Below, in pieces: positions 27,363 to 38,050 of a DNA stretch of 64,000 bases (within the stretch, counting starts at the first letter, position 1; the number at the start of each line of letters is the position of its first letter). Location: contig CAAEVC010000155.1 in assembly GCA_900759415.1 (NCBI GenBank), positions 36,084 to 100,083 of the forward strand, in the 5' to 3' direction. The notes under the pieces are model-generated. The model had not been told where the DNA came from, made no database searches, and was given only the letters and a program-made list of their open reading frames with translations. Source of the stretch: an uncultured Dialister sp. Its GTDB lineage: Bacteria; Bacillota; Negativicutes; Veillonellales; Dialisteraceae. The translations under genes were made by a program, and so were the position numbers.

Positions 27363-28328
27363 ATGAGCGCGATTTCACTACAGGGTCGCTCGGTTCTCTG
27401 TCTGAAAGATTTTTCAGCGGCGGAAATTGAGAGGATCCTTGACGTAGCGGTACAAATGAAAAAAATTGTGCTGTCTGACAACAAAAAAAGAGATTTTCTT
27501 AAAGGGAAATCCATTGTAACAGTGTTTTCTGAATCATCTACCAGAACTCGCAGTTCTTTCGAGCTTGCCGGTAAATATTTGGGAGCAGATGTTATTAATA
27601 TTATAAAGAGCGGCAGCTCGATGACGAAAGGTGAAAGCCTTAGGGATACATTGCTTACCGTTTCCGCAATGGGAGTGGATGCAGTGATTATTCGGGATTC
27701 GTCAGAGGGCGCCGCTCTTTTTGCATCTAAAGTGACCAGTCCCAAGGTAAAAGTGCCGGTGGTATTAAATGCAGGAGACGGGGCCCATGCCCATCCGAGC
27801 CAGGCACTGCTTGAACTCTTCACTCTTAAAGAGGCAGGAAAGGATATAAAGGGGATGAAGTACATCATCATCGGCGACATCCTCCATTCCAGGGTGGCAA
27901 GAAGTGATATCTACGGATTTACCAAACTGGGGGCCGAAGTCCATCTGGTGGGACCGAAAACTCTGGTACCAAAGGAACTGGAAGCTATGGGATGCATCGT
28001 AGATGACGATCTGGAAACTGCATTAAAGGATGCAGATGCTATCAATATCCTCCGCATCCAGCTGGAAAGAGCAGCCGGCGGATTTATTCCGACTACCAGA
28101 GAATATGCAAGGCTCTTCGGCATCAACAAGAAGAGACTCTCTCTCTGTAAACCGGATGTGGCAGTCATTCATCCGGGGCCCATGAACAGAGGTATCGAAA
28201 TCGGCTATGATGTAGCCTATGATGAAACCTCCTGGATTCAGGAAGAAGTAAGAAATGGAGTTGCCGTACGTATGGCACTGGAATATTTGACACTGACGGA
28301 GGGAAAAGACATTGATGCTCTTAATTAA
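27363..28328 (+). CDS. pyrB: Aspartate carbamoyltransferase catalytic subunit
   Basis: SSTRTRSSFE, NAGDGAHAHPSQ, GDILHSRVARS, HPGPMNRG. Confidence 0.96.
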   Translation: MSAISLQGRSVLCLKDFSAAEIERILDVAVQMKKIVLSDNKKRDFLKGKSIVTVFSESSTRTRSSFELAGKYLGADVINIIKSGSSMTKGESLRDTLLTVSAMGVDAVIIRDSSEGAALFASKVTSPKVKVPVVLNAGDGAHAHPSQALLELFTLKEAGKDIKGMKYIIIGDILHSRVARSDIYGFTKLGAEVHLVGPKTLVPKELEAMGCIVDDDLETALKDADAINILRIQLERAAGGFIPTTREYARLFGINKKRLSLCKPDVAVIHPGPMNRGIEIGYDVAYDETSWIQEEVRNGVAVRMALEYLTLTEGKDIDALN

Positions 28329-29604
28329 GAATGGAACAATCATAAATCCCGCAAAACATCAGCACGAAGTGGGAGATATTCTTATTAAAGACGGCAGGAT
28401 CCTTAAGATGGGTAAGGAAATCACCGCGCCGGAGGGGGCAGAAGTTTTTGATGCCGCCGGGCTTGCAGTTGCTCCAGGGCTCATCGATATGCATGTCCAT
28501 CTTCGTGAACCGGGACAGGAAGCAAAGGAAGATATCCATACAGGAACTCAGGCAGCCGCTGCCGGCGGAATCACCCGGGTGGCTACTATGGCCAATACAA
28601 ATCCGGTCATCGACAATGCGGCAGTCCTTAGGGATGTGGTGCAGAGAATCGAGGATGTAGCAGTAGTCAAAGTCAGCATCATCGGTTCTCTTTCTAAAAA
28701 TCTGGAAGGAAAGCAGCTTTCAGAAATGGGAGATATGGCAGAAGCTGGAGCTGTTGCCTTCTCCGATGATGGCCACTATGTGGAAAGTGCCAATTTCATG
28801 AGAAGAGCCATGGAATATGCATCCATGCTCCATAAAATGGTCATCGATCACGCTGAAGATATGACCATGTGCAGCGGCGGATTCATGAATGAAGGAAAGG
28901 TCTCTTACGCCATCGGCGTTACAGGCCGACCGGCTGCAGGGGAAAATATTGCGGTAGCAAGAGATCTCCTTCTTTCTGAACTGACAGGATGCCATATCCA
29001 TATCGCTCATGTATCCAGCGGAAAATCTGTGGACCTTATAAGAGAGGCAAAGAAGAAGGGCCTTTCCTGTACCACAGAAGTGACTGCACAACATCTGTAC
29101 TTCACTGATGAGTATCTGAATGATTATAATCCGGCCTTCAAAATGGCGCCTCCTCTCCGCACAGAAAAGGACAGGAAGGCACTGATTGAAGGACTCAGGG
29201 ATGGTACCATTGATGCCATCATCACAGATCATGCACCTCACTGCAATGAAGAAAAGGATGTACCTTTCAACTGTGCACCTAATGGCATCGCAGGACTGGA
29301 AACATCTCTTGCTTCTACTCTGACAGTGCTCTATCACCAGAATGGATTCACCCTGGACCGTATCGTTGAACTGATGAGCGTCAATCCGGCAAAACTGCTG
29401 GGACTGGAAGGCGGTGTTCTGGAAGAAGGAAAAGCTGCGGATATCGTAGTATTTGATACTGATAAAGAATGGACTGTCCATGGCAGTAAATTATATACAA
29501 AATCTCTCTTTACGCCCTATGAAAATATCACTCTGAAGGGAAAGGCCATACTCACAGTGGTTGATGGGGAAATCGTTATGAAAGAAGGAAAGGTACTGAA
29601 ATGA
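28312..29604 (+). CDS. pyrC: Dihydroorotase
   Basis: DMHVHLREPG, KMAPPLR, TDHAPH. Confidence 0.95.
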   Translation: MMLLIKNGTIINPAKHQHEVGDILIKDGRILKMGKEITAPEGAEVFDAAGLAVAPGLIDMHVHLREPGQEAKEDIHTGTQAAAAGGITRVATMANTNPVIDNAAVLRDVVQRIEDVAVVKVSIIGSLSKNLEGKQLSEMGDMAEAGAVAFSDDGHYVESANFMRRAMEYASMLHKMVIDHAEDMTMCSGGFMNEGKVSYAIGVTGRPAAGENIAVARDLLLSELTGCHIHIAHVSSGKSVDLIREAKKKGLSCTTEVTAQHLYFTDEYLNDYNPAFKMAPPLRTEKDRKALIEGLRDGTIDAIITDHAPHCNEEKDVPFNCAPNGIAGLETSLASTLTVLYHQNGFTLDRIVELMSVNPAKLLGLEGGVLEEGKAADIVVFDTDKEWTVHGSKLYTKSLFTPYENITLKGKAILTVVDGEIVMKEGKVLK

Positions 29605-30665
29605 AAGGACTCTTGATTATGGAGAACGGAGCCCGTTTTGAAGGCGAGCTCCTTGGGACTGCAGAAGGCCGGGGCGAGCTTGTATTCAATACAGGAATGA
29701 CCGGTTATCAGGAATGTTTCACTGATCCTTCTTATGAAGGGCAGATCCTTACACTGACCTATCCGCTGATTGGGAATTATGGTGCCAATGATCTGTTCAT
29801 GCAGAATAGAAAGCCGGCGGCTGCCGGCTATGTAGTGGATCAGATTGCAGAGCATCCGAATAACTGGGAATGTAAGGAAAATATTGCTGATTTCATTCAG
29901 CGCTATCATGTACCCTGCCTTTACAATGTGGATACCAGAGCGGTGACCCGCACGGTCCGCAAGCAGGGGGTCATGAAGGCTGTGATTGTAAGTGCAGACA
30001 GGGATGAAGATTTCATTAAAGGGGAACTGGAAAAACCGCTCCACCGCAATCAGGTGGAAAGAGTCACCACACCCTATCCATATACCTTTGGAAACGGGAA
30101 ATATCATGTATCTCTTCTGGACTGCGGACTGAAGAAGAATATTCTGGCAAGTCTTGTGCAGAATGACTGCACAGTCCATGTATTTCCTGCTCACACACCG
30201 GCAGAAGAACTTCTGGCCATAGATCCCGACGGCATTTTCCTCTCTCCTGGACCGGGAGATCCGGCAGATGTTCCTTATGTGGCTGAAACGGTGAAGAAAC
30301 TCATCGGTACAAGACCGATATTTGGTATCTGCCTTGGCATCCAGATGCTGGCCACCGCTCTTGGAGGCCATACATTCAAGCTGCCTTTCGGACACAGAGG
30401 ATCCAACCATCCGGTGAAGGATCTGAGAACCGGAAGAGTATATATCACCAGCCAGAACCACGGATATGCGATTTCAGAAGAAGGGCTTCCAAAATGCATT
30501 GAAGTGACCCATCGCAGTGTGAATGACGGAACCATTGAAGGCATCCGGCATAAGACACTTCCTATCCAGGCTGTTCAGTATCATCCGGAAGCAGCACCGG
30601 GACCGAAAGATAATTTCTATCTGTTTGAAGAATTTAGAAGGGCCATGGAGGAATTCAGAAAATGA
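29601..30665 (+). CDS. carA: Carbamoyl-phosphate synthase small subunit
   Basis: FNTGMTGYQE, GICLG, QYHPEA. Confidence 0.96.
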   Translation: MKGLLIMENGARFEGELLGTAEGRGELVFNTGMTGYQECFTDPSYEGQILTLTYPLIGNYGANDLFMQNRKPAAAGYVVDQIAEHPNNWECKENIADFIQRYHVPCLYNVDTRAVTRTVRKQGVMKAVIVSADRDEDFIKGELEKPLHRNQVERVTTPYPYTFGNGKYHVSLLDCGLKKNILASLVQNDCTVHVFPAHTPAEELLAIDPDGIFLSPGPGDPADVPYVAETVKKLIGTRPIFGICLGIQMLATALGGHTFKLPFGHRGSNHPVKDLRTGRVYITSQNHGYAISEEGLPKCIEVTHRSVNDGTIEGIRHKTLPIQAVQYHPEAAPGPKDNFYLFEEFRRAMEEFRK

Positions 30666-33600
30666 TTAACAAAGACGTAAAAAAAGTTCTTGTCATCGGC
30701 AGCGGCCCTATTGTTATCGGTCAGGCGGCAGAGTTCGATTATGCAGGTACTCAGGCCTGCCGTTCTTTGAGAGAAGAAGGGGTAGAAGTAGTACTGGTAA
30801 ACAGCAATCCCTCTACCATCATGACCGATGTGGATATTGCTGACAGAGTGTATATCGAACCGATTACCCTTCCTTTTGTCACAGAGGTTATCAAAAAGGA
30901 AAGACCGGATGCTCTTCTGGCTACTCTGGGCGGGCAGGTAGGCCTTAATATGGCTGTCGAACTTTCTGATGCCGGTATTCTTGATGAATATAATGTAAAA
31001 CTTCTCGGTTCCTCTCTTCATGCCATCAGACATGCGGAAGACAGAGAACTTTTCAAAGAAGCGATGAAAGAAATCCATCAGCCTGTACCGGAATCTGATA
31101 TTTTTGAAGAACTGGAACCGGCGGTTGCCTTTGCCGACAGCATCGGCTATCCGGTCATCATCCGTCCTGCCTATACTCTGGGCGGTACCGGCGGAGGTAT
31201 TGCTCACGACCGGTATGAAATGGAAGAAATCGCAAACCGTGGTATCAAACTGTCACCGATTAATCAGATTCTGGTAGAAAAAAGCATTGCAGGCTGGAAG
31301 GAAGTAGAATTTGAGGTCATGCGGGACAGCGAGGACAACTGCATCATCGTGTGCGCTATGGAAAATATTGATCCTGTAGGCGTACATACCGGTGATTCTA
31401 TAGTCGTAGCTCCTACTCAGACACTGACAGACGGACAGTACCAGATGCTCCGCTCTGCTTCCATCGACATCATCCGCTACCTTAAGATTGAAGGGGGATG
31501 CAATGTACAGTACGGACTGGATACGAAGACCAATAATTACTATGTCATCGAAGTCAATCCCCGCGTAAGCCGTTCTTCTGCACTGGCATCCAAAGCAACC
31601 GGTTATCCTATTGCCAAGGTGGCAGCTAAGGTAGCTCTTGGAATGCACCTTGATGAAATCACCAATGCCATTACCGGCAATACAAAAGCATGTTTTGAAC
31701 CGTCCATCGACTATGTGGTCTGCAAATTCCCAAGATGGCCCTTTGAAAAGTTTACTCTGGCAGATAGAGAAATCGGCACCCAGATGAAAGCTACCGGGGA
31801 AGTCATGGCGCTGGACCGCACACTGGAAGGTTCACTCCTCAAAGCACTCCGTTCTCTGGAAGTAGGGGAAGGATATCTCCATCTGAAGAAACTGGATGAT
31901 CAGTCCCTCTATGATATCCGCTGCCTCTTAAAGCGTATCGATAACGAAAGAATTTTCGTTGTGGCTGAAGCTCTCCGCCGCGGTATCGAACCGGAAGAAA
32001 TCAGCAGAATTACAAAAATAGACATCTTCTTCATCTATAAGATCCAGAACATCATTAAGATGGAAAGAAGACTTTTAAAAGAAGGGCTGAATGAAGAAAC
32101 CTTAAAGGCAGCAAAGCGGATTCACATGCCTGATGAAGTGATTGCCCACTTTGCTGAAGTTACAGAAAAAGAAGTGGAACATTTCAAGAAGAAACTTAAT
32201 TTCCACATGAATTTCAAAATGGTAGATACCTGTGCTGCTGAATTTGAAGCCAATACCCCTTATTATTACTCCACCAGCGGCGTGGAAGATGAAGTGAAAC
32301 CTCAGGGGAAAGGTTCAGTGGTTGTATTTGGATCAGGCCCTATCCGTATCGGACAGGGGATAGAATTTGACTACTGCTCTGTTCATGCTTCCTGGGCTTT
32401 GAGGAAAGCAGGAAAGAAATCTGTCGTTATTAATAATAATCCGGAAACTGTTTCCACTGACTTTGATACATCCGATTCCCTCTATTTTGAACCTTTAACG
32501 GAACAGGATGTTATGGAAATCATTGAGAAAGAAAACCCGGAAGGCGTCATTTGCCAGTTCGGCGGCCAGACAGCAATCAATCTGGCGACCCCGATGGCCA
32601 AGAGAGGCATCCGTATCATCGGTTCTTCCAATGAATCCATCGATATGGCAGAAGACCGTGAACGGTTTGATACTCTTTGCGGACAGCTGGGGATTCCCCG
32701 TCCAAAGGGATGTCTTGTGGAAAGCGTAGAAGAAGCAATGGAGAAGACGGAAGATCTGGAATATCCGCTCATCGTCCGTCCAAGCTATGTACTGGGCGGC
32801 CGTGCAATGCAGATCGTGTACGATGCGGCAGAACTCCGCCAGTATCTGAAGGAAGCAGTCGTTGCATCCCATGAACATCCGGTACTCATTGACCAGTACA
32901 TGGTCGGACGGGAAGTGGAAATCGATGCCATCTCTGATGGAGTCAATATCTGCATCCCCGGAATCATGGAACAGATTGAACGGTCCGGAGTCCATTCTGG
33001 TGACTCTATCGCCGTATATCCGCCACAGCATCTTACAAAGGAAGAAATAGAAACGCTGACCAGATATACAAAAGATATCGCCTGTGCCATGAATGTAAAA
33101 GGGCTGGTAAATATCCAGTTCATCGTGGTAAAAGGAAAAGTATATGTCATCGAAGTCAATCCCCGTGCCAGCCGTACAGTTCCATTCATGAGCAAGATTA
33201 CCGGTATCAATATGGTAGAATATGCGACCCGCATCGCTCTGGGCGAATCACTGGAATCTCTGGGACTTCCGCTGGGACTGGCACCAGACAAAAATTATGT
33301 GGCAGTCAAGGCGCCGGTATTCTCCTTCTCCAAATTGGGACTTGTGGAAATCAAACTGGGACCGGAAATGAAATCCACCGGAGAAGTCATGGGCATCGGT
33401 CATACCTATCAGGAAGCATTGTACAAGGCAGTCGTAGCATCCAACCTCATGGTGCCAGCCGGGGCCAATGTGCTCATTACGGTAAGTGACAGAGATAAAC
33501 CGGAAACTGCTGAACTGGCAAAGGGATTTGTGAAACTGGGATATCATCTGATCTGTACCTCCGGTACGGGACAGTATTTCCAGAACCTTGGCATCCCGGT

Positions 33601-33862
33601 AGAAATCATTAAGAAGATTCATGAAAAAGGGGAAAACTGTGAAAAGTATCTGAAATCCGGCAAGGTGGATATGGTACTCAACACGATTTCCTACGGAAGC
33701 CAGATCGAACAGGAAGGCTATGATCTCCGCCGTATTGCGGTAGAACTGGCTATTCCCTGCATCACTTCCCTGGATACAGCAAAAGAAGTACTTCGAGTAA
33801 TGGCTTCTACGGATAAGGAACATCATGTGGAAGCGATTCAGGACTATGTGAAGGAGATATAA
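30662..33862 (+). CDS. carB: Carbamoyl-phosphate synthase large subunit
   Basis: GSGPIVIGQAAEFDY, duplicated ATP-grasp domains, EVNPR twice. Confidence 0.97.
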   Translation: MINKDVKKVLVIGSGPIVIGQAAEFDYAGTQACRSLREEGVEVVLVNSNPSTIMTDVDIADRVYIEPITLPFVTEVIKKERPDALLATLGGQVGLNMAVELSDAGILDEYNVKLLGSSLHAIRHAEDRELFKEAMKEIHQPVPESDIFEELEPAVAFADSIGYPVIIRPAYTLGGTGGGIAHDRYEMEEIANRGIKLSPINQILVEKSIAGWKEVEFEVMRDSEDNCIIVCAMENIDPVGVHTGDSIVVAPTQTLTDGQYQMLRSASIDIIRYLKIEGGCNVQYGLDTKTNNYYVIEVNPRVSRSSALASKATGYPIAKVAAKVALGMHLDEITNAITGNTKACFEPSIDYVVCKFPRWPFEKFTLADREIGTQMKATGEVMALDRTLEGSLLKALRSLEVGEGYLHLKKLDDQSLYDIRCLLKRIDNERIFVVAEALRRGIEPEEISRITKIDIFFIYKIQNIIKMERRLLKEGLNEETLKAAKRIHMPDEVIAHFAEVTEKEVEHFKKKLNFHMNFKMVDTCAAEFEANTPYYYSTSGVEDEVKPQGKGSVVVFGSGPIRIGQGIEFDYCSVHASWALRKAGKKSVVINNNPETVSTDFDTSDSLYFEPLTEQDVMEIIEKENPEGVICQFGGQTAINLATPMAKRGIRIIGSSNESIDMAEDRERFDTLCGQLGIPRPKGCLVESVEEAMEKTEDLEYPLIVRPSYVLGGRAMQIVYDAAELRQYLKEAVVASHEHPVLIDQYMVGREVEIDAISDGVNICIPGIMEQIERSGVHSGDSIAVYPPQHLTKEEIETLTRYTKDIACAMNVKGLVNIQFIVVKGKVYVIEVNPRASRTVPFMSKITGINMVEYATRIALGESLESLGLPLGLAPDKNYVAVKAPVFSFSKLGLVEIKLGPEMKSTGEVMGIGHTYQEALYKAVVASNLMVPAGANVLITVSDRDKPETAELAKGFVKLGYHLICTSGTGQYFQNLGIPVEIIKKIHEKGENCEKYLKSGKVDMVLNTISYGSQIEQEGYDLRRIAVELAIPCITSLDTAKEVLRVMASTDKEHHVEAIQDYVKEI

Positions 33863-34630
33863 ATGGCAGGATTTGTAGAAAAAGGAATTATTCAGGTACA
33901 TGATCATGTGGGACCGGATATCTGGCTGATGCAGATTGAACTTCCTCGGATTGCAAAAGAAGCGAAACCAGGACAGTTTGTTCATGTGAAGGTCAATGAC
34001 CCGAGATGCATACTCCGCCGTCCGATTTCTATCGCAGGAACAAATCCTGGCAAAGGAACTGTAGAACTGATTTACCGTATTGTAGGACAGGGGACAGAAG
34101 CCATGTCCCATCTGAAGGTAGGAGATACCATTGACTGTCTGGGACCTTTAGGTACCTCTTTTTCCATGGACAGGAACCTGATCTGCGGCATTGGCGGCGG
34201 CGTCGGTATCGCACCGATTCTTTTCATGGCCCGCAAGGCAGAACCGGCACAGATGATTGCAGTCATTGGCGGAAGGAATAAGGAGGAAGTTTTCTGGAAA
34301 AATCTCTTCCCGAAAACATTAAAGGAACTCATTGTAACCACCGATGATGGATCTTATGGAATCAAAGGATTCTCTGTTTCTGTCCTTCCTGAATTATTCA
34401 GAAAGGAAAAGGTGGATGAAGTCTGCGTCTGCGGACCGGCAATTATGATGAGGACTGCTGCACAGATGGCCAAAGAGGCGGACATTCTCTGCGAAGTTTC
34501 TATGGAAAGGCGCATGGGATGCGGTATTGGTACATGCCTGGGCTGCGTATGCGACAGAAAAGGCGGAGAAGGCCATTATAAAGTCTGTGTAGATGGTCCT
34601 GTATTCAAAGCAGAGGAGGTTGTATTATGA
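33863..34630 (+). CDS. pyrK: Dihydroorotate dehydrogenase B electron transfer subunit
   Basis: LRRPISI, GGGVGIAP, MGCGIGTCLGC, VCVDGPVF. Confidence 0.94.
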   Translation: MAGFVEKGIIQVHDHVGPDIWLMQIELPRIAKEAKPGQFVHVKVNDPRCILRRPISIAGTNPGKGTVELIYRIVGQGTEAMSHLKVGDTIDCLGPLGTSFSMDRNLICGIGGGVGIAPILFMARKAEPAQMIAVIGGRNKEEVFWKNLFPKTLKELIVTTDDGSYGIKGFSVSVLPELFRKEKVDEVCVCGPAIMMRTAAQMAKEADILCEVSMERRMGCGIGTCLGCVCDRKGGEGHYKVCVDGPVFKAEEVVL

Positions 34631-35535
34631 GCCGTCTTAATATCAATTTCCTTGGAATCCCTATGAACAATCCATTGATTGGTGCTTCCGGTACTGTAGG
34701 ATTCGGACTGGAACTGAAAGATTATGTGGACATGAAAAAGGTGGGGGCCATCTCCGGAAAAGGGCTTGCACCAACTCCCTGGCATGGAAATGATGGGGTC
34801 CGCATTGCAGAAACTGTTTCCGGCATGCTGAACAGTATCGGCCTTGAGAATCCAGGAGCGCCCTATTTCCTCGAACATTATCTTCCGGAAGTAAAGAAAC
34901 TGGGTACTCCTTTCATTGCCAATATGGTAGGGAAGAGTGTGGAAGAATACGCAGAATGTGCAGCCATGCTTTCTGTACCCTGTATTTCTGCGCTGGAAGT
35001 CAATATTTCCTGCCCCAATGTAAAAGAAGGGGGCGTAGCCTTCGGCACAGATCCCAAACAGGCAGCCGCTGTGACAAGAGCGGTTAAAGATGCAACTAAT
35101 CTTCCGGTCATCGTGAAGCTTTCACCTAATGTGACTGATATCGTATCTATCGCCCAGGCAGTAGAAGATGCAGGGGCAGACAGTATCTCTCTTATCAATA
35201 CTCTTCTGGGCATGTCCATCGATATCCGCAGCCGCCGGCCGGTACTGGGGAATATTACCGGCGGTCTTTCCGGCCCCTGCATAAAGCCGGTGGCACTGCG
35301 TCTCGTCTGGCAGGCAGCCCGGGCTGTAAAAATCCCGGTATGCGGACTGGGCGGTATTATGAATGCCACTGATGTGATTGAGTTCATGATGGCCGGTGCG
35401 AAGACTGTACAGGTCGGTACTGCCAATCTGGCAGATCCAACGGCTATGGAAACCATTGCTGATGAACTGGAAGAATGGTGCGAAAAGAACAACGTAAAGA
35501 ATATCAGTGAAATCGTAGGAACTCTGGAAGTATAG
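34627..35535 (+). CDS. pyrD: Dihydroorotate dehydrogenase B catalytic subunit
   Basis: NSIGLENPG, EVNISCPNV, VKLSPNV, GGLSGP. Confidence 0.95.
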   Translation: MSRLNINFLGIPMNNPLIGASGTVGFGLELKDYVDMKKVGAISGKGLAPTPWHGNDGVRIAETVSGMLNSIGLENPGAPYFLEHYLPEVKKLGTPFIANMVGKSVEEYAECAAMLSVPCISALEVNISCPNVKEGGVAFGTDPKQAAAVTRAVKDATNLPVIVKLSPNVTDIVSIAQAVEDAGADSISLINTLLGMSIDIRSRRPVLGNITGGLSGPCIKPVALRLVWQAARAVKIPVCGLGGIMNATDVIEFMMAGAKTVQVGTANLADPTAMETIADELEEWCEKNNVKNISEIVGTLEV

Positions 35536-35578
35536 AGACTGTAGAAATCGATTTCGAAGATTTTCTTTATGTTCCATA

Positions 35579-35608
35579 TTGACAGTTTCTGAGGTATGCA
35601 TCTATAAT
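35579..35608 (+). promoter_or_regulatory. Consensus SigA promoter for the raiA-motif RNA / cysS leader
   Basis: TTGACA (35579-35584), 18 nt, TATAAT (35603-35608), ~6 nt before the RNA's closing stem. Confidence 0.8.
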
Positions 35609-35613
35609 AATAA

Positions 35614-35828
35614 ATAAGCATCAACAGGTCTGTGGCTGAAAGTCGATGGCAGTCGCAGCCAAAACGATCCACGTAACGCAGAAAAAATTTCTGCTGAGCA
35701 TGGTGCGGTTTAGAAGTAAGTCCTGCCGGGAAAACCGAGAGGGTTAGTAGTGAGAGGAAGACACCGGGTAGCGAACGCTCCAGCAGGCGGGTGTGGGGTC
35801 AAAAGCCAGGTCAGCTGTAGGTGCTTAT
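35614..35828 (+). ncRNA. raiA-motif large structured noncoding RNA
   Basis: Contains the raiA RNA blocks as I recall them, in order: GAAAGTCGATG, CAGTCGCAG, AAAACGATCCACGTAA, TGAGCATGGTGCGG, TTAGAAGTAAGTCCTGCC, TTAGTAGTGAGAGG, CCGGGTAGCGAA, CCAGCAGGCG, GTGTGGGGTCAAA, CCAGGTCA. Closing stem ATAAGCATCAACAG / CTGTAGGTGCTTAT. Confidence 0.9.
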
Positions 35829-35840
35829 AACTTTATACAT

Positions 35841-36050
35841 GCGATGATCAAAATAAGTAATGAAGATCACCCTTTAGAGAGGACATGGATGGTGAAAATG
35901 TCCGGGAAGGTTTTCACGAAATGCATTTGGGAGCTGAAAAGGGGAAATGGCAGTATCCTTTTCCGCAGGTTTGCGATACAAACATCGTGAGCGGCTTATG
36001 CCGACAGAGTGGAATAACGGGCCACCGTCTCTGTGAGGCGGTGGCTTTTT
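35841..36050 (+). ncRNA. T-box riboswitch, Cys specifier, leader of cysS
   Basis: AGTA, AGAGA, GGTGAAA stem I motifs; GAAA-TGC specifier (35922-35924); antiterminator ACAGAG-TGGAATA-ACGG/CCGT-CTCTGT; terminator GCCACCGTCTC-TGT-GAGGCGGTGGC-TTTTT. Confidence 0.9.
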
Positions 36051-36141
36051 CAATGAAATAAAGAAAACCTGTGGATTAAAAATGCAGGAATCATCCTGCG
36101 GTTTTCTGTACATAAAAAAGCTCGTAAATGGAGGATTGTAA

Positions 36142-37587
36142 ATGGAAGAAATCAGAGTATACAACACCCTTACAAAAGAAAAAGAAGAATTCAAACCACT
36201 GGTACCAGGGGAAGCAAAGATCTATGTATGCGGAGTCACTCCGTATAACCATCCCCATATCGGCAATGCCCGTCCGGCAGTGACCTGGGATATCATCCGC
36301 CGCTATCTCGAATATATCGGATATAAAGTAACCTTCGTTCAGAATTTTACCGACGTGGATGATAAAATCATCAACAAAGCTAATGCTGAAGGCAGCGACT
36401 GGAAGACCATTTCCGACCGCTACATTGATGCTTATTTCAATGTCATGGATGCTCTCCATGTGCGCCGTGCAGATATCTATCCACGCGTTTCTGAACATAT
36501 GGATGATATCATTAAAATGGTACAGGGACTGATTGACAGACATCATGCCTATGTACTGGGCGGAGATGTATATTACGATATTTCCACCTTTGAACATTAT
36601 GGTGAACTGTCTGGCAGAAAGATTGAAGATATGCTGGCTGGTGCCCGTATCGAAGTGAATGATGAAAAGAGAAATCCAGGAGACTTTGCTCTCTGGAAGG
36701 CAGCAAAACCGGGAGAACCGTCCTGGGACAGCCCATGGGGCAAAGGCCGTCCAGGCTGGCACATCGAATGCTCTGCCATGTCCATCCATTATCTGGGAGA
36801 AACCTTTGATTTCCATGGAGGCGGCTCAGATCTGATTTTCCCGCATCATGAAAATGAAATCGCCCAGTCTGAAGGATGCACCGGACATCATTTCGTCAAT
36901 TACTGGCTCCATAATGGATTCATTACCATCAATTCTGAAAAGATGAGCAAGTCTTTGAACAATTTCTTCCTTGTGAAGGATGTACTGGAAAAATATTCCG
37001 GCGATGCACTCCGGTTCTTCCTCTTATCCACTCACTACAGAAGTCCTCTTGATTTTTCCGATGACCGTCTGGAAGAAGCAGAAAAGAATATGGAGAAACT
37101 GAAGGACGTTATTGGAAGAGTCAAAGAACTCAACGGCAAAGAAGGCAGTGAAAAGACAGAAGCTTCCACCACTCTTGAAAAGGCAGCAGAAGACAGCATG
37201 AAAGTCTTCCACGAAGCTATGGATGATGATTTCAATACCGGTCTTGCTACTGGCGCCATGTTTGAACTGGCTAAAGCCATCAACGTATACTATAACGAAA
37301 TCCACAACGGCACCGGCTTTGATAAGGAAACCTTTGAAAAAGCAGGCAAAGCCTTCAAGACCATCCTTGATATCCTTGGTATTCTGGAAAAAGAATGGAA
37401 GAAGACAGAAGCTTACGATGACAAGGATTACAATGATCTCATGAATGTAATTCTTGCAGTAAGACAGTCTGCAAGAAAAGCAAAACAGTATCAGCTGGCC
37501 GATGAAATCCGGGATAAGCTGGGAGAAATCGGTATCGTCATCGAAGATACTCCTACAGGAGCAAGGTGGAAGAAACGTGGAGTTTAA
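36142..37587 (+). CDS. cysS: Cysteine--tRNA ligase
   Basis: YVCGVT, HIGNAR, GRPGWHIECSAM, KMSKS. Confidence 0.97.
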   Translation: MEEIRVYNTLTKEKEEFKPLVPGEAKIYVCGVTPYNHPHIGNARPAVTWDIIRRYLEYIGYKVTFVQNFTDVDDKIINKANAEGSDWKTISDRYIDAYFNVMDALHVRRADIYPRVSEHMDDIIKMVQGLIDRHHAYVLGGDVYYDISTFEHYGELSGRKIEDMLAGARIEVNDEKRNPGDFALWKAAKPGEPSWDSPWGKGRPGWHIECSAMSIHYLGETFDFHGGGSDLIFPHHENEIAQSEGCTGHHFVNYWLHNGFITINSEKMSKSLNNFFLVKDVLEKYSGDALRFFLLSTHYRSPLDFSDDRLEEAEKNMEKLKDVIGRVKELNGKEGSEKTEASTTLEKAAEDSMKVFHEAMDDDFNTGLATGAMFELAKAINVYYNEIHNGTGFDKETFEKAGKAFKTILDILGILEKEWKKTEAYDDKDYNDLMNVILAVRQSARKAKQYQLADEIRDKLGEIGIVIEDTPTGARWKKRGV

Positions 37588-38050
37588 GCGGGTTTTATTT
37601 CTGAAAAAACAGATGGCTCATAAACTTGGAACAAAATCTCCTGTTCTTACGGAACAGGAGGTCTTTTCCATGGATGCACTGACTCTGGCTTACATGGGAG
37701 ATGTGTGCTGGTCTTTCTTTATAAGAAAATCTCTGATAGATACAGGTATCTATAATGTACAGATTTTAAACAGTCTGGCTTCAGAGATCGTATCGGCCCG
37801 CTGCCAGAGCAGGCTCCTTTTTGAGCTGAAGGAACTTCTGAATGAAAGGGAACTCAAGGTCTGCAAGAGAGCAAGAAATACGAGCTCCCATGTACCAAAG
37901 AGTGCAACGGTAGAACAGTACCGGGAATCGACTGCTTTTGAGGCCCTTCTGGGATATCTCCATCTGTCCGGACAGGAAGAACGGATGCAGTTTATATTGA
38001 ATAAGAGTCTTACGTATGTGTCAGAGGAATTGAGCCATGAAGAAAGATAA
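37577..38050 (+). CDS. mrnC: Mini-ribonuclease III
   Basis: LAYMGD, RARN, YRESTAFEALLGYL; GTG start overlapping the cysS end; conserved synteny. Confidence 0.88.
   Translation: MEFKRVLFLKKQMAHKLGTKSPVLTEQEVFSMDALTLAYMGDVCWSFFIRKSLIDTGIYNVQILNSLASEIVSARCQSRLLFELKELLNERELKVCKRARNTSSHVPKSATVEQYRESTAFEALLGYLHLSGQEERMQFILNKSLTYVSEELSHEER

Noticed and set aside
35793..36194. Short ORFs (35793-35990 +, 35874-36194 -) as leader peptides
   Set aside because: They overlap the raiA RNA 3' end and the T-box, have no RBS and no Cys-codon cluster
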